Below, in pieces: positions 58,777 to 64,000 of a DNA stretch of 64,000 nt; the stretch's first letter is position 1; each line of letters opens with the position of its first letter. The notes below the pieces were generated by a model. It saw only the letters and a list, made by a program, of their open reading frames with translations, searched no databases and was not told the DNA's origin. Made by a program: the position numbers and the translations under genes. The stretch comes from Klebsormidium nitens (lineage: Eukaryota > Plantae > Klebsormidiophyceae): the NCBI GenBank assembly GCA_000708835.1, contig DF237383.1:14290-78289 (forward strand), read 5' to 3'.

Positions 58777-61700
58777 ATGTTGCATGCCTCAAGAGCCATG
58801 TTGTCTTGGAACACTCTTTCGAAGCTAAGTCCACCTCCAATCCTAGTCCAACATGGGATAAATGCAGCCCCTGATTCAGGATCTATGCAGATTCCCACGT
58901 ATTCGATTGGAGTTCGGTGCTCTGCTCACAAGGAGGCGGAGGGCCCGTCCTCGGTGGAGCAGGAATCCAAGGATAAGAGTGGCAGTATCACAGGTTTCCT
59001 GGTCTCCCAAGCACTGAAGCTGTACCTGAAGACTCAGGTCAGCGCTGGTTTCAACTTCCTCCAAGAAGAAATGAACATCATTTTTGACAGGTTGGACTTT
59101 TGGACAACCATCATTCGTACCTCGGAGGTTCCTAAACTTTAGAGTGTCATTGGCATGTTCCGTGACGCCATAGGGCAAAAGTTTTCCAGGTCACTCAAAT
59201 GGATGGGTGGAGATGTGGAGTTCTAGCAGACTCCAGCAAACTTCCAGCTCAAAGTCCTCAATTGACATCCCAGATGCTTCCCGGGTAATAGCCTCGACCA
59301 ACAATATTGAGCGGTTGGTGGAGATTGGCGGGAAGTCCAGCTTTTCTGTGCAATTCATCTCGTCAACCTTCTGATCTATCACGCTTGAGTAAGAGTGGCC
59401 AGCTCTGTCATTCCCTCTGCCCTCGTGCTTGAAGAAGTTGCATGGGAAGTCGAGTCACCATGGTGCAGTCCCGAAGCATTGAAGGGCTTTAATGTAAACA
59501 AGGCACCGCCTTCACTCAAACGGAGACCAGCAGAGGCAAGGATACCAGAATTTCTTACTCATGTCCCTCAGACAGGATCCGTACTCAACAGAACACAATC
59601 ATGCTCTAAAAGAAACTTGATTCTATCTGGGTTTCGTCTGCTTGGTGCCTTCGTTGGTGCTTTTTGTTCCAGAAAGGAGGCACATGGATCGTTGCGCTTT
59701 TTGCAGTCTGACACAGTCCTTTGCTTGTTCAGTGCTGCATCTATCCCCACTTGATCTACGTTTCTTACTCGATTGATTGTCATCATCAGGAGTCCAAACG
59801 TAGTCTTGCTGCTTTCTTCACTCTGTTTTCCCCTTGACACCTGCTTCTTGACATTCTCCAAACAAGTGCTGACGCAAGGCTGACCAGAGAGCCCAGGCAA
59901 GTCTCAAATTTTAACACTCTTTCACACTTTGGTTCCACTGATGTAGTCAACTCCTCTTTGCAGTTGGATGCCGAGGAAGACCTGCAAGTCCTCGTCTTTG
60001 GTCGCAACCGCGACCTTCTGTCCGGCACAGTCAGAACCCTGGTTGTGACCGCCAAAAACGCGGTTTACAAGGTGAGGACTCGCTGCTCCCGCGGTCTTTA
60101 ATCTCATTTATTGTCAACGCTCTTCTAAAGACAAGAGTCTCAGTGTAATCCGTCCTGCCAACCCATGTTTCGACGAAACAGCGTTTGAATTTCTTTGTGT
60201 TGGCCATAATGTCTCTTCTCGATTCCCTTTCGTAGTGTTCACGGCTTTGTGTTGTTTCTCCTTTTGGTCAGACCTCCGATTTTCTTTGGCGTTGATGGAG
60301 ACCCCCAGACTTTCGCGAAGAATGTTCAGAGTCTTGTCTTGAGCAGGCCATCGTTTCGATCGGAGCGTCACCGTCAGTATGTAACGCTGGCGGAAGGAAG
60401 AGCTACCAAACGAAGTGTTTACACCCTCATTACGCACGTGTTTCGACGGATGGTCGGTTGTGACGTCGTCGGTTGAACTGACACTTTGAAAAGGCAGAGG
60501 CGTCAAGCTTTCTAATAATCTTGTTGTTGTGTCTCTGCCCAGGGCGTGTCGGTCTCGGAGGCCTGCCTGACAGCGTCGAAAGTAAAAGTTACCCTCAACG
60601 GAGAGAAACGGTAAGATCGAATATTGTCGTCCATTTTTCCGAAGTCTTGTGACCGCGTCGACGTGTGTTTCGATAGCCGTTTGCAGGGTCAGGCGAACTA
60701 GGAGTGGCAAAAAGTCCTTCGCAACCAAGTTAGTCCAAACACACTTCGCAGCTTAATCCGTTTTCCAACTTGCGAAAGGAGCGGTACACCGCGTGTTTTT
60801 GAAGACTGAATAAGGAAGACACTGAAAAAACGGGATCACATAGAGGTTAGACGAGATACGAGAAGGCCGCTCTTTGAGTGAGCACGTAAAGGCAGGAGAA
60901 AGACTTGCTTGATCAGGCTTCCTCTTGGAAGTCATCATTGCTTTGACAAAATCCGAAGAGAAGCTTATTGCAATCGACCCTCCCGCAAGTTGGCAAAGAC
61001 GGAAGGTCCCCATCTCACGACAGAATATCATTCTCGACTGGTTCCAAACGGTTCGAGTGTCCCCACCTTCATTCTGGTCCCGTGTCATACTTGCTTGAAA
61101 TCTCTCAACCCGAGCGTGCGTCCTGCGACTTTCTCTAAGTAATGCCCGAACTTTCGTGAATAAACACACCGCGATTGCTGCTCTTGGATTTTGCAGTGTT
61201 GGCTTTCTGATCTTGCAGTGGGGACTTATCCGATCAGGCTTGCTTTCTGTCAGGGGGTTGAAAGAGCCGTTCGTGGTTGAAGCTAGCCTCAAGTTGACCG
61301 AGAAGGACTTTCAAAAGAGGTGAGGAGGGAACAAGGAACCACCTTGAAGGACCGTCCTGCCTTCTATCTCATCTACTTTTCAACGGACCGTTTTTCCACC
61401 CTTCAGATTGTATTGCTGTGGTCATGATTTCTTCATTTCTACGTAGTATGCCTTATAGTGTGTCCAGTGTGTGAGAAAGACCGGGTCTTATGGTCTGGCT
61501 TTTGCGGATTTCGGAGTGGGCTGGGATCCGATCTTTTTCAACAACTCGGACATCTGGTGCTTCAGTTTGGCGAGCCCGTTGACAAGGAGAGCGGTACTGG
61601 AGGCCCTCCGTCCTGAGAACTTCTCACGTAGAGCGGAGGCAAATCTGGACGTTCGGTTAGAAGATGGCACCATAGGTTTGCAACAGGGGTCGTCTCAAAG

Positions 61701-61866
61701 CCGACTTGGCCTTCAACTTAACGGAAGCGGGAACGTATTGACCCTTGTTGACCTTGATTCAAGAAAAGCTCGCGACGTCTTCTTAGGAGACGATACACAT
61801 CTACGTAAAGTGGAGGTGTCGCCTAATCTGCTGTCTTGTGAGGCAAGTTTTCTTGTAACTCCCTGA
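58777..61866 (+). CDS. DUF2993 / LmeA-like protein, probably plastid-targeted; about 5 exons
   Basis: Spliced: ...GFLVSQALKLYLKTQ|LDAEEDLQVLVFGRNRDLLSGTVRTLVVTAKNAVYK|GVSVSEACLTASKVKV...|GLKEPFVVEASLKLTEKDFQK|SLASPL...FLGDDTHLRKVEV...CEASFLVTP*. Resembles cyanobacterial DUF2993 proteins. Confidence 0.72.
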
Positions 61867-63021
61867 TTGGGACAAGGTCGTCCAGGATTCCATTCGATAG
61901 ATAAGATGCATGCGTTAGGTAAGGCCATCCGTCATCATTGTGGAACACTGTGGGCTTGAATGAGAAATGTAGTATAGCCGCGGCAATCACACACGGGCGC
62001 ACTGTGAAAGCATGTCAGAGTCGACCCAAACTCGAGGGCGCCCGGAATTGCAACCTCTTACCCTGCATGAGCAGCAGAGCCGGAGCCTGTCAAGTTGGCC
62101 AAAGTTGCAGCTCTCTGTGGCGAAGCTCTAGCCTGGCATGCAATGATGGCAGCCCGGCACTGACCGTATACAAACTCCATGACTTCATCTAGGCAGCGCA
62201 CAACTATTGCCGGCTTGCAGTATCATACATCTGTGGCAAAAGGTGCTTGCATGATCTGGCCCATGCTAGTCTTGTCGTAAATCACCGAATCTTCTCAAGA
62301 GCCGGAATCATGTTGCGTCTATTTGGTGGTGCCTAGCTTCACGATTTTTATGGATTATGGCTTCTTCAAGAGCCACAGTGTCAACTAGTTAAGAAGGTGC
62401 CATCATGTCACTCTCACAAGGTCCTAATCTCTGCGCCCGGATGCACCAGACAGACTTCGATTGTGCACCACAAGTTCTTTCTAAGATGCGTCAGCAATCC
62501 TTTTCTGCCTGCATAAAGTGCAGCGATGCTTGGACTTCAGAGCGCAACCAATGAAAGATCGAGAAGGTTGGATGAAAGTATGCGATTCCAAGAACCATGT
62601 AAAGCAGGCAGTTCTTTTGGACTTGCAAGACAGATTCGCAACAGACTCCTTCCTTTTGGACCGTACCTGGTCAGTCTACACAAGCAACCGGATCCAGTGA
62701 CTACGTTACTTGTACACCAAATAAACCCATATTGAAGACCTTTGCTGATCACAACCACACTTTGTCAAAGCTGTGTAAAGGCAATCCAATCATGCTCACC
62801 TCCCTTCTAAATCGAAGTTCATGCCTCAGTCTTCCGCCCCTTCCCTTCATCCGTCCAATTGCAGAGCAGCAGATACCCTTGCTTTGCACAAGTGAACCAC
62901 TGCCCTGTAACGTTCTTACGTGTCCAGGAAGTGGATGGGCGCACATTGGTTCAGACTTGCCCCAATGAAGGATGGCTTTAAGAGGCGCATGCCAGCAATG
63001 AGAGAAACCACCCTGGACTCC

Positions 63022-63525
63022 CTAAAAGGACAGCTTGGCAGTTCCTAGGCTCCATGAAGGGGAGGGGGGCGCGCTCGCCGTTCTCAGCCTGCTTTCTAAC
63101 GAACTGGTGTATCCATCCAGAGCCGAAGCAACTGCCTCCAGTTCGGTGACCTGCCGGTCGATTTCATCAACATCCGCCAGGTACTCCCTCAGGATCTCGC
63201 TCTTCTGTGACAGCCTCTCAAAGAATACGCACAGCCCTTCAGCATAGTCGCCAAACTTGTCATACTCTGCTGCAGCTCGTTCATTCATAGCTGCCAGCAG
63301 AGTGCATTCTTGGCCGGTCAACGAAAGCTCTCCCCTCAGGAATGCTGCCACACTGTCAAACATCCTCTGGGAAGCTTGTGCTATCTTGGGGTCTGGTGCC
63401 CTTTGGTTGTGTGCTGTTTCTTCCTCTTGGGACACATTTTCTGCTTCTGAGCTCTGCGGCCGGTTATCTTCCGCATTGTGATCACGTGGAGTCGACTCTG
63501 CCACATGGGCGCCGTCGCTGTGCAT
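63022..63525 (-). CDS. BLOC1S2: Biogenesis of lysosome-related organelles complex 1 subunit 2, intronless
   Basis: MFDSVAAFLRGEL...LLAAMNERAAAEY...YLADVDEIDRQVTELEAVASALDGYTSSLE matches the BLOC1_2 coiled-coil pattern. ATG at 63525. Confidence 0.85.
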   Translation of the reverse strand: MHSDGAHVAESTPRDHNAEDNRPQSSEAENVSQEEETAHNQRAPDPKIAQASQRMFDSVAAFLRGELSLTGQECTLLAAMNERAAAEYDKFGDYAEGLCVFFERLSQKSEILREYLADVDEIDRQVTELEAVASALDGYTSSLESRLRTASAPPSPSWSLGTAKLSF

Positions 63526-64000
63526 CTTGTCAGCTTGTTCCAAACTCCTCAGCTGGTTCTGCAGATTGGTGCACAGGCAGTGGGGCAAAATGCAAATTCC
63601 CAATCCTGATACAGAGTTTGGTTGAAGGAAGGCCGCCAAGGAGGCTCCCCTTGAAGTTGAAGTGGGAGTTAATTGCAGATCTTCCACTGTTCCAGAACTT
63701 CCGATCGCAAGTTGCAAGCGAGCTTGACACCAGGGTGACTTCGATGGACGTTTTTCCATTTCGACAATTGCACGGCGTTTGGTTCAGTGTAGAAAGCGGC
63801 GGTATGATGATTTGCAATTAAAACTGTGTTATACTTTCCAACGCAATATTAGGCCCGTCGAATTGCAAAAACCTGCAAAAAGTGTTCATCGTGGTGTCAA
63901 ATTTCAACAAGACAACGCATGCGGTGGTGTTTGCACTGTGCAGTCGAGCTTTTGAAGGGGTGCCCTATTTAATAGTATTACTCCGACTATAATACATACA

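Noticed and set aside
1-64000. Most short overlapping ORFs in the track, and rRNA/tRNA/CRISPR features
   Set aside because: The short ORFs are antisense or out-of-frame shadows of GC-rich exons or introns. No rRNA, tRNA or CRISPR signature was seen.

Overview
Intron-rich (GT-AG) eukaryotic nuclear DNA, most consistent with a streptophyte green alga such as Klebsormidium. This is inferred from a plant-type cryptochrome with DAS motifs, EGY1, plastid-type genes and a flagellar-type RIIa/EF-hand gene; it was not database-checked. Apparently intact genes: an intronless F-box/LRR protein (-), an organelle-targeted ABC-class ATPase of the PF09818/MRB1590 type (-), EGY1 metalloprotease (+), ALY/REF mRNA export adaptor (-), cryptochrome (+), an RIIa/Dpy-30 + EF-hand protein (+), a second F-box/LRR protein (-), a SirB1/transglutaminase-like + TPR protein (-), a DUF2993/LmeA-like protein (+) and BLOC-1 subunit 2 (-). 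Also present are a truncated purple acid phosphatase pseudogene, a degenerate Ty1/copia element (301-bp LTRs, AATAC TSD, half-tRNA-type PBS, 20-N assembly gap) that appears to interrupt a class-3 lipase remnant, and two small foldback/MITE-like elements. The most striking unexplained pattern is repeated tandem duplication of 3' splice sites plus the first 40-70 nt of the following exon. It leaves arrays of decoy acceptors in introns: five copies before the Walker-B exon of the ATPase, two before the preceding exon, one in CRY and possibly one in the EF-hand gene. Dense GTAC clusters lie in the ALY/CRY divergent promoter and in the LTRs. All gene models were built by eye from homology and splice consensus.
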